A stretch of 64,000 nt of DNA from Mobula hypostoma (Eukaryota), in the NCBI RefSeq assembly GCF_963921235.1, contig NC_086107.1, positions 110,424,001-110,488,000 of the forward strand, written 5' to 3'. The notes beneath the pieces are model-generated. The model was not told the DNA's origin. It was given only the letters and a program-made list of their open reading frames with translations, and ran no database searches. Positions 10,600 to 22,869 of this stretch are shown piece by piece; the first letter of the stretch is position 1, and each line of letters opens with the position of its first letter. Both the position numbers and the translations under genes were made by a program.

Positions 10600-11129
10600 C
10601 CTCTAACCCATAAGAGTCTTGTCTCCTTCGGCCCCCGGCCTCTAGCAGACCCGGACTTGCAGACAATGGACCTTCAACCACCCCAGCAGACTTGCAGAGT
10701 TTGCTGACTTGGGGCTCCAATGGGCCTCGACTTCCAGACTTCCGATTTGACCTCTGGGCCTCAACCCCTGGCATCGAACGCAGGACCCACCAATCACCAG
10801 ACATTAGGCTTCAACCTACGGACCTGTCAATGACAGAACATTAGGCTTCAGACCCTGGTCTCATTGAGTTAAGAACCCAGGGGATCATCAGACCTCGTTC
10901 CTCCTGCCTTCGACTCTGGAGCACGCTGACAATGCCCTGACCCTGCGGGAGCCACGCTGGACATCCTGGCTCTGTCTGTGGATGTCCCCCGTCCATGTCA
11001 CGGTCTTTTAGAAGCAGGGTAGAAACTTAAGACTTTAAACTCCAGTGTTACCTCTAATTCTTCTAAAATAGTGGCCACAGCTTGGCTAGGTCCCCAATTA
11101 TTGCTTCTTCCTACTTGGCCTGGAGCAGG

Positions 11130-12245
11130 ATCAGAATCAGAATCAGATTTAATATCAGCGGTATGTGTCATGAAGCTTGTTGTTTTACAGCAGCAGTACA
11201 TTGCAATACTTAATAATAAAAACTATAAGTTACATTAGGAAGCATATATTGAACATTGAACATAGAACAGTACAGCACATTACAGGCCCTTCGGCCCACA
11301 GTGTTGTGCCGACCCTTAAACTCTGCCTCCCATATAACCCCCCACCTTAAATTCCTCCATATACCTGTCTAGTAGTCTCTTAAACTTCACTAGTGTATCT
11401 GCCTCCACCACTGACTCAGGCAGTGCATTCCATGCACCAACCACTCTCTGAGTAAAAAACCTTCCTCTAATATCCCCCTTGAACTTCCCACCCCTTACCT
11501 TAAAGCCATGTCCTCTTGTATTGAGTAGTGGTGCCCTGGGGAAGAGGCGCTGGCTATCCACTCTATTTATTCCTCTTATTATCTTGTACACCTCTATCAT
11601 GTACATTTATATATATTATATATATAAATAAAATTAAATAATTAGAGCAAAAAGAGAGAATAAAAGTAGTGAGGTAATGCGCATAGGTTCAATGTCCATT
11701 TAGAAATCTGATGACAAAGGGGAAGAAGCTGTTCCTGAATCTTTGAGTGTGTGACTTCAGGTTCCTGTACCTCCTCCTTGATGGTAGCAATGTGAAGAGG
11801 GCATGGTCTGGGTGGTGGGGTCCTTAATGATGGATGCCGCCTTTTTGAGGCATTGCCTTTTGAAGGTGTCCTGGATGCTGGGGAGGTTTGTGACCGTGAT
11901 GGAGCGGGCTGAGTTTGCAATATTTTGCATCTTTTTCCAATCCTGTGCCGTGCCCCTCCCCCATGCCAGACAGATATAGAACGGTCTCCACGGTACATCT
12001 GTAGAAACTTGCGAGCGTCTTCGGTGACATACCAAATCTCCTCAAACTCCCAATGAAATATAGCTGCTGTTGTGCCTTCTTCATAATTGCATCAATATGT
12101 TGGGCCCAGGATAGATCCTCAGGAACTTGAAACTGCTCACCCCTTCCACTGCAGATCCCTCCACGAGGACTGGTGTGTTTTCCCTCGACTTCCCCTTCCT
12201 GAGGTCCACGATCAATTCCTTGGTCTCACTGACGTTGAGTCCCTG
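11130..12245 (-). mobile_element. Rex1/Babar-type LINE 3' part with a nested CR1 end
   Basis: LNVSETKELIVDLRK and KKAQQQLYFIGSLRRF...FYRCTVE, with frameshifts; (TCTGAT)n tail. Confidence 0.85.
11250..11602 (-). mobile_element. Young CR1 3' end
   Basis: MIEVYKIIRGINRVD...FFTQRVVGAWNALP; near-identical to 52936-53259; (TTCTATG) tail. Confidence 0.9.
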
Positions 12246-12353
12246 GTTTTGCAGACAGTCCATGTTCTGGATTTATGCATAGACCAGACCAGTTGCACGA
12301 CAGGGACTTGGCACAGTCCTGTCCTGTAGGATAAAACAAGATGACGTATTAGG

Positions 12354-12478
12354 AGCAACACACATAAAAGTTGCTGGTGAATGCGGCAGGCCAGAGATGC
12401 TGCCTGGCCTGCTGCGTTCACCAGCAACTTTTATGTGTGTTGCTTGAAATTCCAGCATCTGCAGATTTCCTCGTGTTG
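12354..12478. mobile_element. Inverted pair of Penelope pseudo-LTR fragments (41-bp arms)
   Basis: Arms at 12354-12394 and 12404-12444, with two G-U-compatible differences. Confidence 0.75.
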
Positions 12479-12634
12479 ACAGGGCACCCATAAAATACCA
12501 GAAACAAGATCAGGTTTATTATGCTGAGATATATCGTGAAATTTGTTGTTTTATGGCAGCAGTATAGTGCAATACGTAAAAACTGCTATGAGGTTACAAA
12601 AAAAGTGCAAAAGAGGACTGGTGAGTCACAGCCA

Positions 12635-13322
12635 CGAGAGATTCTGCAGACGCTGGAAACCCAGAGCAACACACATACACAAAATGCTGGAGGAACTCAG
12701 CACCTATGAAAAGGCTGACGTTTCAGGCTGAGACCCTTCTTCAGGACTTAGAAGAAAGGGGGAAGACACGAGAATAAAAAGGTGGGGGGGGTGGGGAAGG
12801 AGGCTAGCTGGAAGGTGATAGGTGAAGCCAGGTGGGTGGGAAAGGTCAAGTGCTGGAGAAGAAGGAATCTGATAGGAGAGGAGAGTGGACCATAGGAGAA
12901 AGGGAAGAAGGAGGGGACCCAGGGGGTGGTGATAGGCAGGTGAGAGATAGAGGCCAGAGTGGGGAAAGGATGAAGATGGAAGGGGGATGGAAGACATGCA
13001 GAACAATGCATTTCCGAAACACAAGGGATTTTGCAGATGCTGGAAAACAGAGCAACATACATAAAATGCTGGAGGAACTATGCAGGTCAGGAAGCGTCAA
13101 TGGAAAAGAATAAACAGTCAACATTTTTGGTTGAGACCCTTCATCAAGACTCAATCAGGTCTCAGTATTTCGTTTAGACTAGTTTTTAATGTGAGAAAGT
13201 CTGCAGATGCTGGAAATCCAGAGCAACACACACAAGATGCTGGAGGAACTCAGCAGGTCAGGCAGCATCCATGGAGATGAGTAGATAGTTGATGTTTTGG
13301 GTTGAGACTCTTCTTCAGGATA
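12635..13322 (-). mobile_element. Cluster of Penelope-like 3' ends and pseudo-LTRs
   Basis: Three repeats of the ctgcagatgctggaa...ggaggaactcagc...gagacccttc block, with degenerate hammerhead cores. Confidence 0.75.
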
Positions 13323-13684
13323 ATAGTGTCCATGGGTTCATGGACCGTTCAGAAATCTGATGGCAGAAGGGAAGAAGCTGTTTCTAAAACATTCATTGTG
13401 GGTCATGAGGCTCCTGTACCTCCTCCCTGATGGTAGCAATGAGAAGAAGGCTTGTCCCAGGTGATGGGGGTCCTCAAAGTTGAATGTTGTCTTCTTCAGG
13501 CACTGCTTTTTGATGCTTGTGCCACCCCTAAGCCTCCGCTTTTCGAGAGAGACCTTGTCACTTTTTCCTTTCCTGGTAGACACCAGCCCCTGGCTCTGAC
13601 AACTCTTGTCCCAACACCACTGTATCCTTTGTACAACACAGTGGACAGATCTACGCGCTCTACGCCAAGTGAAAGTGTTACAGA

Positions 13685-14610
13685 TCTGAATCAGGTTTAT
13701 GATCATTGGCATGTGTCATGAAATTTGTTAACTTAGCAGCAGCAGTTCAATACAATCTATAATATAGAAGAAGAAAAATAAAAATAAAATAATAATAAAT
13801 AATAATAAATAAATATGGAAATCGATTTACAGTATACTTATATAGAATAGATTAAAATCATGCAAAAAACAGAAATAATTGTATATTAAAAAAGCGAGGT
13901 AGTGCTCATGGGTTCAATGTCCATTTAGGAATCGGATGGCAGAGGGGAAGAAGCTGTTCCTGAATCGCTGAGTGAGTGCCTTCAGGCTTCTGTACCTCCT
14001 ACCTGATGGTAACAGTGAGAAAAGGGCATGCCCTGGGTGCTGGAGGGTCCTTAATAATGAACGCTGCCTTTCTGAGACACCGCTCCTTGAAGATGTTCTG
14101 GGTACTTTGTAAACTAGTACCTAAGATGGAGCTGACTAGATTTACAACCTTCTGCAGCTTCTTTTGGTCCTGTGCAGTAGCCCCTCCATACCAGACAGTG
14201 ATGCAGCCTGTCAGAATGCTCTCCACGCTACATCTATATAAGTTTTTGAGTGTATTTGTTGACATACTAAATCTCTTCAAACTCCTGATGAAATATAGTC
14301 GCTGTCTTCCCTTTTTCATAACTGCATCATTATGCTGGGACCAGATTAGGTCCTCAGAGATCTTGACACCCAGGAACTTGAAACTGCTCACTCTCTCCAC
14401 TTCCGATCCCTCTATGAGGATTGGTATGTGCTCCTTCATCTTACCCTTCTTGAAGTCCACAGTCAGCTCTTTTGCCTTACTGATATTGAGTGCAAGGTTG
14501 TTGGCATATCTCGCTCCTGTACGCCCTCTTGTTTCCGTCTGAGGTTCTACCAACAGTGGTTGTATCACCAGCAAAATTATAGATGGTATTTGTGCTACGC
14601 CTAGCCACAC
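13685..14610 (-). mobile_element. Rex1/Babar-type LINE (RT C-terminal region and 3' UTR)
   Basis: ORF 13999-14610 contains LNISKAKEL, FKFLGV, RQRLYFIRSL and YRCSVESILTGCITVWYG. Confidence 0.88.
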
Positions 14611-15685
14611 AGTTTATGATCTACACACCATGTGAAAACTTTAGGTGGCCCTTTATGGGTGGGGGGGAGGGGGAGACCCCAGCTGGGTGGTCCAGTTGGT
14701 AGAGTGTATCTCTGACTGATCTTGTTAAAGCTGCGGATATAGTAGGGACTGGGACAAGTTTCAGACGGCCAAGCCAAGTGTACACAAACATCGACTGTTT
14801 ATTCCTCTCCATAGAAGCTGCCTGACCTGCTGAGTTCCTCCAGCATTTTGTATTTTGTTGTTTCAGAAAAGAGGTTGTTTGACATAGTCCCCTAAGAGGC
14901 ACAACAATACATCCAAAGCCAGAGCTCACTACATGAAGACAGACACAGAGATAACAGGAAGAGTTATATAAAGGAGACGACAGGGGAAAGTTGAGCATGT
15001 TAGGAATTTATTCATAGGAGCGCAGGAGAACAAGGGAAGGTCTTAGAGTTACTTATTTTGATTTATTTAGAGATACAGCGTGGAACAGGCCCTTTCAGTC
15101 CTTCGAGCCATCAGAATCACATGCCATGAAGTTTGAAACTTAACACTAACCTAATCACAGGACAATTTACAATGACCGATTAACATACCCGGTACGTCAT
15201 TGGACTGCGGGGGGAAATTGGAGCCCCTGGGGGGAAACCCGCGCATTCCACGAGGAGGATGCTGGGGTTGAACTCTGAACTCCGGCGTCCGGAGCTGTAA
15301 TAGCGTCGCACTGACCGCTAAGCTAGCGCAGCACACGATTGATACAGAGTTATTCGGGGTATAGATTGGGTGAACGCACTGGGGTCCCAGTGTGAGAGAG
15401 GGAGTGTTGGAGCTGTGGTCCCGCTATCTCAGAGGGAGCATAGGAGTTGAGGTCTCTGTGTGAGAGGGAGTACGGAAATTGGGGTCCGTGTGTCTTTCTA
15501 CCCCCCCTCAGGTTGGACAAGACCAGAAAAGGTCATAGTTTTTGGGTGAAGATACTTAACGGGAACATGAGAGAGAACTTCTTCACTCAGAGGGTGGTGT
15601 AGGAATGAGCTGCCAGCGGAATTGATGGGTGCAGGGCCAATTGTAACATCTTGGAGAATTTCGGAGGTGCGTGGATGAGAGAGCT

Positions 15686-15880
15686 GGCCGGTGGCGTGGT
15701 GACTGGACTTTGAGGTGAGTGGTCCCGGGTTTGAATCCGACTGGCTCCTCGCATTCTTTCCATCCGTACTGGATTGAGCATTGAGCTAGCAACTTGGCCT
15801 TGTGAAAAAAACAGACAAAAGTGCTAAGGAAGCGGCAAGCTTGCAGCCTGGGGTGCCACAGAGGAACAGTAACAACAACA
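15686..15880 (+). mobile_element. tRNA-headed SINE of a second family, with (AAC)n tail
   Basis: B-box-like ggtttgaatcc; homologous to 18135-18330. Confidence 0.7.
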
Positions 15881-16175
15881 TGGATGAAGGAGGTATGGAG
15901 GGCAGGTAAAAAAGACCAGGCTGGTAGTGTCTAGATGGGCCGAAGGGCCTGTTTCTGTGTTGTGACTCTAGGTGGTAATTGCTAGATCTACAGTACAGAG
16001 AGAGGAGAGAATAACAGGAGATTAAAATGAGGGCTAGCCAGAGAGCTCAAGAAAAGGTTAGCAAATGACACATATCGAAAAGTCTGTCAGAGAGGGAGGG
16101 TGGATGTGGACTGCAAGCTGAGGGCACGGCCGACATGGCTCACAGCAGACAGCAGAGCCATCATCACAGAGTAGG

Positions 16176-16695
16176 AAATAACAGGAATTCTGAAGATGCT
16201 GGAAATTCAAGCAACACACATCAAAGTTGCTGGTGAACGCAGCAGGCCAAGCAGCATCTCTAGGAAGAGGTACAATCGACGTTTCAGGCCGAGACCCTTC
16301 GTCAGGACTAACTGAAGGAAGAGTGAGTAAGGGATTTGAAAGTTGGAGGGGGAGGGGGAGATCCAAAATGATAGGAGAAGACAGGAGGGGGAGAGATAGA
16401 GCCGAGAGCTGGACAGGTGATTGGCAAAAGGGGATACGAGAGGATCATGGGACAGGAGGTCCGGGAAGAAAGACAAGGAGGGGGCGGGTGACCCAGAGGA
16501 TGAGCAAGAGGTATATTCAGAGGGACAGAGGGAGAAAAAGGAGAGTGAGAGAAAGAATGTGTGCATAAAAATGAGTAACAGATGGGGTACGAGGGGGAGG
16601 TGGGGCCTTAGCGGAAGTTAGAGAAGTCGATGTTCATGCCATCAGGTTGGAGGCTACCCAGACGGAATATAAGGTGTTGTTCCTCCAACCTGAGT
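16176..16695 (-). mobile_element. Young 5'-truncated Penelope-like element (GIY-YIG C-terminus plus pseudo-LTR)
   Basis: Minus strand reads LRLEEQHLIFRLGSLQPDGMNIDFSNFR*, then a pyrimidine-rich UTR and a hammerhead motif. Confidence 0.85.
16274..16309 (-). ncRNA. Minimal type I hammerhead ribozyme motif
   Basis: agtc CTGACGA agg-gtctcgg-cct GAAA cgtC gatt: intact core, 3-bp stem II, palindromic ACGU stem III and GUC cleavage triplet. Confidence 0.7.
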
Positions 16696-16899
16696 AGGAA
16701 GAGGCTGCTGTGACAGGGTAAAACTAGATTGAGAGGGTGTCAGTGTTTGGAGTAGAAATTTCGCCCAGTCGGAATACGATGCACCCTCGACGGTGGAGGG
16801 AAGGAAGGCGGGGGGCTGCATGTTTCTGGGTGACTTGCCACCTGCAATGAATGCAACCATATGGAGCCGAGGCAGATGTTGAAATTAAAGGGAGAGAAC

Positions 16900-17810
16900 T
16901 ACACTTCACTGTGGACAAAATCAGCTTGGATTCGGAATGGTGGGGGATACAGCAGACGATCACCGAGCTACATTTCATTAGTAGTTTGTAGAGATTTGGT
17001 ATGTCACCAAAAACACTCGCAAATTCCTACAGATGTACTGTGGAGAGCATTCTAACTGGCTTCATCACTGTCTGGTATGGAGGAGGGTGCTACTGCCCAG
17101 GATCGAAATAAGCTGCAGAGAGATGTAAACAGTCAACTCTATCATGGGCACCAGCCTCCGTAGTATCCAGGACATCTTCAAGGGGTGATGCCTCAAAAAG
17201 GCAGCGTCCATCATTAAGGACCCCCATCACCCAGGACATGTGCTCTTCTCATTGTTACCATCAGGAAGGAGATACAGGAGCCTGAAGGCACACACTCAGC
17301 AAGTTGGGAACAGCTTCTTCCCCTCTGCCATCTAATTTCTGAATGGACATTAAACCCATGAACACTACCTCATTACTCTTTTAATTTCTATTTTTGCACC
17401 ACTTATTTAACTACCTAATATTCAAAAGATTCAAAGGTTCAAAGGTTAATTTACTTTCAAAGTATACAACTCTGAAATTCTTCAGTCCTCCAGGTAGCCA
17501 TGAAACCAAGAAAGAAAACGAAAGGGAGCACAATCATCAAGCCCCCAAATCCCACCTCCCTGCAAAAAAACCGAGCAACCAAACAAAAACGGAACGAGCA
17601 CATCAACCCCAAAATGCCCCCTCCTGCACAAAAACCGAGCAAGATGGACCAGGCACATCAATATATATGTAATTCATAATTGGTATATATGTGTGTAGTT
17701 CACAGTTTTTTTCTGTTATTATGTATTGCGTTGTACTGCTGCAAACAAAGATTACAAATTTCACGACGTTAAACCTGATTCTGATTCTGACATCAGCTAA
17801 GGACAAATCA
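16900..17810 (+). mobile_element. Decayed Rex1/Babar-type LINE 3' part
   Basis: FYRCTVESILTG and AASIIKDPHHPGH-like peptides; (TCTGAT)n tail. Confidence 0.8.
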
Positions 17811-18134
17811 CGTCTGACAAACATGACGGAACTCTTTGGTGGGATTACCCACGTGTTTCAAGAGAGCACTGATGATATCGTGTTTCTAGGCTTTCTAAGT
17901 CCGTCCCCTCTACAGGGGCAAAGGCCGCTGACAGCAGCTCACTGGAGCCCTCTATCCTGGGCTGAACGTTGATCTTCACCCCACGAATTCACATGTCTTC
18001 TAAGCAAAGATCCTTCCTCACCCAGGGAAGAGGTTGCCAGCTCCATGCTGACCACCCCTCTCTTTCTGCAGCGGGGCTTGGCACAGAGTAGGCTTTCTAA
18101 GGGCATCGAATAATGAGCCATGTAATAGAGTTGC

Positions 18135-18330
18135 TCTGGTGTAGTGGCACCAGCACCAGACTTTGAGGCCAGTGGTCCCGGGTTCGAATCCGGCCGGCGC
18201 CTTCACGCTTTCCATCCGTGCTGGGTTGAGCGTCAAGCTGACAACTTGACCTTGTGAAAAACAGACAAGATGCTATAGAAATGGCAAGCTTGCGGCTTGA
18301 TGTGCCACAAGGCATGGAGAGGGATAACAT
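18135..18330 (+). mobile_element. tRNA-headed SINE of the second family
   Basis: ggtgtagtgg A-box and ggttcgaatcc B-box; homologous to 15686-15880. Confidence 0.72.
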
Positions 18331-19719
18331 GCCAGAGTTGCTGGCGAAGTTGATGTCAGGGAATGAAAGGGGCAGAATACAAAACTGACAAAGGTGTAGA
18401 CAGAGGAGAATTAAACATTAAACGCAAAAGATTCTGCAGATGTTAGAAATCTTGAGCAACACACACAAACTACAATTCATGTTCTCACGATTATTAGTTT
18501 CTTTTCTGTATTTGCACAGTTTGCCTTGTTTTGCACATTGGTTGTTTGTCAGTCTTTGTGTGCAGTTTCTCATTGATTCCGTTGTACTTCTTTGTTGTAC
18601 TGTGAATGCCTGCAAGGAAATGAATCTCAGGGTCGTATATGGTGACATACTGCAGATGTACTTTGATAATATATTCACTTTGAACTTAAACCTTGAGCTC
18701 TGAAGTACTGAAGGAACTCAGCAAGTCAGCCAGCATCTGAGCAGGGGCATAAACAGTCGATGTTTTGGACCGAGACCCGAACCTGACTTTATCCGCCCCT
18801 CCCCACCCACCCACCTTCCTCCTCACCTGGTCTCACCTAACACCTGCCAACTTGAACTCCTCCTCCTCCTCTCCTCACCTTCATTTTCTGGCTTTGCTCC
18901 CTTCCTTTCCTGTCCAGACGAAGGGTCTCGGCTGAAACATCGACCTGTTCATTCCTCTCCATAGATGCTGCCTGTCCTGCTGAGTTCCACCAGCACTTTG
19001 TGCGTCCTGATGAGGTAAATGTGTGACGTTTCATGCCAACCCAAGAGAACTGTGGATTATCACCTTACTTGTGAGTAGACACCCCTGGGGTTGAGGGATT
19101 CCCTCAGCTGTGTGCAGGAACATTGGCTTGGGTTTGCAATTCCAACCTCTAGTGTTGAGCCATGATCAGAAAGGCGGCGTTCATCATTAAGGACCCCCAT
19201 CACCCAGGTCATGCCTTGTTCTCATCATTACCACCAGGAAGGTAGTACAGAAGTCTGAAAACACACACTCAAACAATTCAGTAACGGCTCCTTCCCCTCT
19301 GCCATCATTTTCTTCACGGACATTGAACCCATGAATACTTCCTCACTACTTTTTAAAATTTCTATTTTTTTGCACTACTTATTTAATTTAACTATTTGGT
19401 AGTTATTCTTTATTGATCCTGGGGGAAACTGTAATGAAAACCAATTTCCCCCCGGGATCAATAAAGTATAACTATGACTATGACTATATATATATATATA
19501 TACACTCTTACTGTAATTCTCAGCTTTTTTCTCTATTATCATGTATTGCATTGTACTGCCACAAATCTAATAAATTTCATGACATATGCTAATGATATTA
19601 AACCTGATTCTGATTCTTTGAGCGACATCCGTGGTTTCTCGTTGTTTCATGGCTATCTGGAGAAGATAAATCTCAGAGTTGTATATGCACACATACTTTA
19701 ACTTTAAATTGCTGGGAGC

Positions 19720-20400
19720 CACTACCTCAGAAGACCTGTCCTGGGCACATCATAATTATAATTATGAAGAAAGCACAGTGACACCTCTACTTCCTCGGGA
19801 GTCTGTGGAGATTCGGCACGTCATCGAAAACCTTTGCAAACTTTTATAGGTGCGTAGTGGAAAATGTGCCCACTGGCTGCATGCCAGCCTGGTATGGGAA
19901 CACCAATGTCTTTGAACGGAAAATCCTGCAAAAGGTAGTGGATACAGCCCAGTACATCCAGGTAAAATCCGCCCAACCACCGAGCACACCTACATGAAAC
20001 ATTGCCGTAAGGAAGGCAGCATCCATTATCAGAGATTCCCATGATCTCTTCTCGCTGCTGCCATCAGGTAGAAGGTACAGGAGACTCAGGACTCACACCA
20101 CCAGGGTCAAGAACTGTTACTACCCCTCAATCATCAGGCTGTTGAACAAAAGGGGATGTGCACACATTTAAGGACTCGTTTATCTTGTTATTTCATTCTC
20201 ATTATTTATTGCTGTTTATTTATACCTGCATTTGCACAATTTGTTGTCTGTTGATCCTGTTTACAGTTGCTATTCTATAGATTTGCTGAGTATGCCTGCA
20301 GAAAAAGAATTCAGGGTTTTATGTGGTGACATATATGTACTCTTGATGATAAATGTTACCTTGACTTACTTTGACTTTGATAATAAATGGACCTTTGAAC
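19720..20400 (+). mobile_element. Decayed Rex1/Babar-type LINE 3' part
   Basis: LYFLGSLWRFG...NFYRCVVE and LLPSGRRYR-like peptides. Confidence 0.8.
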
Positions 20401-20699
20401 CTCTGATTCTGATTTTGATCACCCAGTTCGGAGGCAGACTGCAAAGGCTCGTGTGCCACAGCCGATGACTCCAGTCCAATGAAACCACAACAGAAGGTTA
20501 TGCTGAGCTGAGGCCACTGCTCCCGAGGAAGAGTTGGAAGCAAAGTTCAGGTTGAGACTACGTGGCCCTCGATACAACGTCTACAAAATAACTCCCGCGG
20601 CAGGAGAAGCAATTAAGTAGATTCAACGTCAATGCTAATGCTTTTTTTGGGCTTTAAATACGGACATGACACATTATATTGGGTGTTCAGAGTTTCCAT

Positions 20700-20713
20700 G
20701 TTACCATGGTTAC
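20700..20713. promoter_or_regulatory. RFX X-box-like palindrome within a repeat-free block
   Basis: GTTACCATGGTTAC, one mismatch from GTTRCCATGGYAAC. Confidence 0.3.
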
Positions 20714-21197
20714 AGGCAGAGTGATCAAGAGCCAATTAAACTCATAATGAAGGGTTAGGAGGGTAAAGCTAATGCACACTTGCAATTTGCAGTGACTAAT
20801 TCCAGCACTTACTGACGGTAACGTTCATAGTTCAACTTAAGCTGTACAGCGTATTGTGAAACAATATCAAATATGCTCTCCTGCAGTGAGATATATGATA
20901 GATTAACGCAGCAGAATTGATAATCGATGTTTGGTGATCTTATTCAGGTGTTTAAGGCAACACAAAAGCTGCTGATGGATAGAATTAGAGCAATACCTTC
21001 TTGCTATGAGAGGCCAGGTTGCTCTGAGAAGATGTCAGGACAGCATGCTTCAGACAAAGGAGGGCGGGAACCGGGAACTTTCTCCAGCAAAGTACTTGCT
21101 GCCGCCATAAAGGCACAGGAGACTGTTCAGCCCTCACAGCTCATCCTTGCTCTGTTAGTCTCACGCCTTACAGCGCTAGAGGTGAGATCAGGATGCA

Positions 21198-21820
21198 ATT
21201 GACAATAAACTGGACTGGTCAAAGAACACTGAGGCTGTCTACAAGAAGGGTCAGAGCCGTCTCTATTTCCTGAGGAGACTGAGGTCCTTTAACATCTGCC
21301 GGACGATGCTGAGGATGTTCTACGAGTCTGTGGTGGCCAGTGCTATCATGTTTGCTGTTGTGTGCTGGGGCAGCAGGCTGAGGGTAGCAGACACCAACAG
21401 AATCAACCAACTCATTCGTAAGGCCAGTGATGTTGTGGGGATGGAACTGGACTCTCTGACGCTGGTGTCTGAAAAGAGGATGCTGTCCAAGTTGCATGCC
21501 ATCTTGGACAATGTCTCCCATCCACTACATAATGTACTGGGTGGGCACAGGAGTACATTCAACCAGAGACTCATTCCACCAAGATGCAGCACAGAGCGTC
21601 ATAGGAAGTCATTCCTGCCTGTGGCCATCAAACTTTACAACTCCTGCTTTGGAGGGTCAGACACCCTGAGCAAATAGGCTGGTCCTGGACTTATTTCCTG
21701 GCATAATTTACATATTACTATTTAATTATTTATGGTTTTATTACTATTTATTATTTATGGTGCAACTGTAACGAAAACCAATTTCTCCTGGGATCAATAA
21801 AGTATGACTATGACTATGAC
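21198..21820 (+). mobile_element. Young Rex1/Babar-type LINE 3' 620 bp
   Basis: KKGQSRLYFLRRLRSF...FYESVVASAI...SFLPVAIKLYN; (ATGACT)n tail; near-identical to 42620-43247. Confidence 0.9.
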
Positions 21821-22006
21821 AATTCCTGCAAGGAGATTGTATGTTCCCCACAGCGGTCGCCTGGGTTCCCTCTGTGTCTTCCCACATTCCAAAGACGTAC
21901 GAATTAGGGTTATTGAGATACAGCATGGAGCAGATCCTCTGACCCTTCGAGCTGTGCCCCCCAGCAACCCCCCCCCTCCGGTTTAACCCCAGCCTAATCA
22001 CAGGAC

Positions 22007-22426
22007 TTCTCCGTGGATTGTCACCTTGTCGCGGTGGAGAAGCTTGTGTGGTCCTGTGATCCCGAGAGCAATGTCGTCTGGAGCTATGCTCCTGGTAGGG
22101 TCACCCATGGCGGTAAGGTCAAGGGTGAGGTCCCTGACAAAGAACAATCCAACCAAGACCTCAACGGTGGAACAGGCAAAGTTACTTTGAGCTCAAGGCG
22201 GATGAAGGCTGCAGCAAATCTATCAGCTCCAATCGTCGTGGTTTCCACGCCATTGGAATCAGTTGGTTGATTTGTGAAGTATGGTGTGCTTCTTGGAGTG
22301 CAACAACAAGTACATGTTAAACGAATACACGCACAGGCGTCTTCGCCCTGTGGGCCACTTGATCAACAGAATGAAGATCATCACCCTCGACCTCGAGGGA
22401 TAGCCACCACGACGATGATGACGACG
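22007..22426 (+). mobile_element. Non-autonomous RTE/Expander-like element, full length
   Basis: 11-bp TSD aatcacaggac at 21996-22006 and 22427-22437; RTE-type 5' end ctggtagggtcacccatgg; (GAT/GAC)n tail. Confidence 0.85.
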
Positions 22427-22869
22427 AATCACAGGACAATTTACAATGACCAATAAACCTACCAACCGGTACGTCTTTTGGACTGTGGGAGGAAACCGGA
22501 GACCAGGAGGAATCCCACGCGGCCACGGGGAGAACGTACAAACTCCTTACAGGCAGCGGCGGGAATTGAACCCGGGTTGCCTGGTACTGGAAAACTACGC
22601 TACCGTGGCATAACCCACTTGCGGGCTGCCCCCAGTGCCGCCTCGACACATTTCGCTGTAGTTTCGATGTACACATGACGAATAAAGCTAATCCTTGCAG
22701 AGCGATTCTGTCAGACCTTTTGCCGAGATCTTTCCCATGTTTTCCAGTATCTTATTTTCCCTTGTGCCCGCTAGCGGTGAGCGTTGCTTGCTTCTGTTTC
22801 CGCCAATCCGAAAGGCGGTGAATTCCAAACCAAACTCTAGTCGACATGAGAAAAGGCCCAGTTAAGAAC

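Noticed and set aside
12635..13322. Regularly recurring repeats that could suggest a CRISPR array
   Set aside because: The units are long, diverged, irregularly spaced Penelope ends in a vertebrate context, with no cas genes.
18135..18200. tRNA-like sequences with A and B boxes
   Set aside because: They continue into SINE bodies and lack a full cloverleaf, so they are SINE heads rather than tRNA genes.
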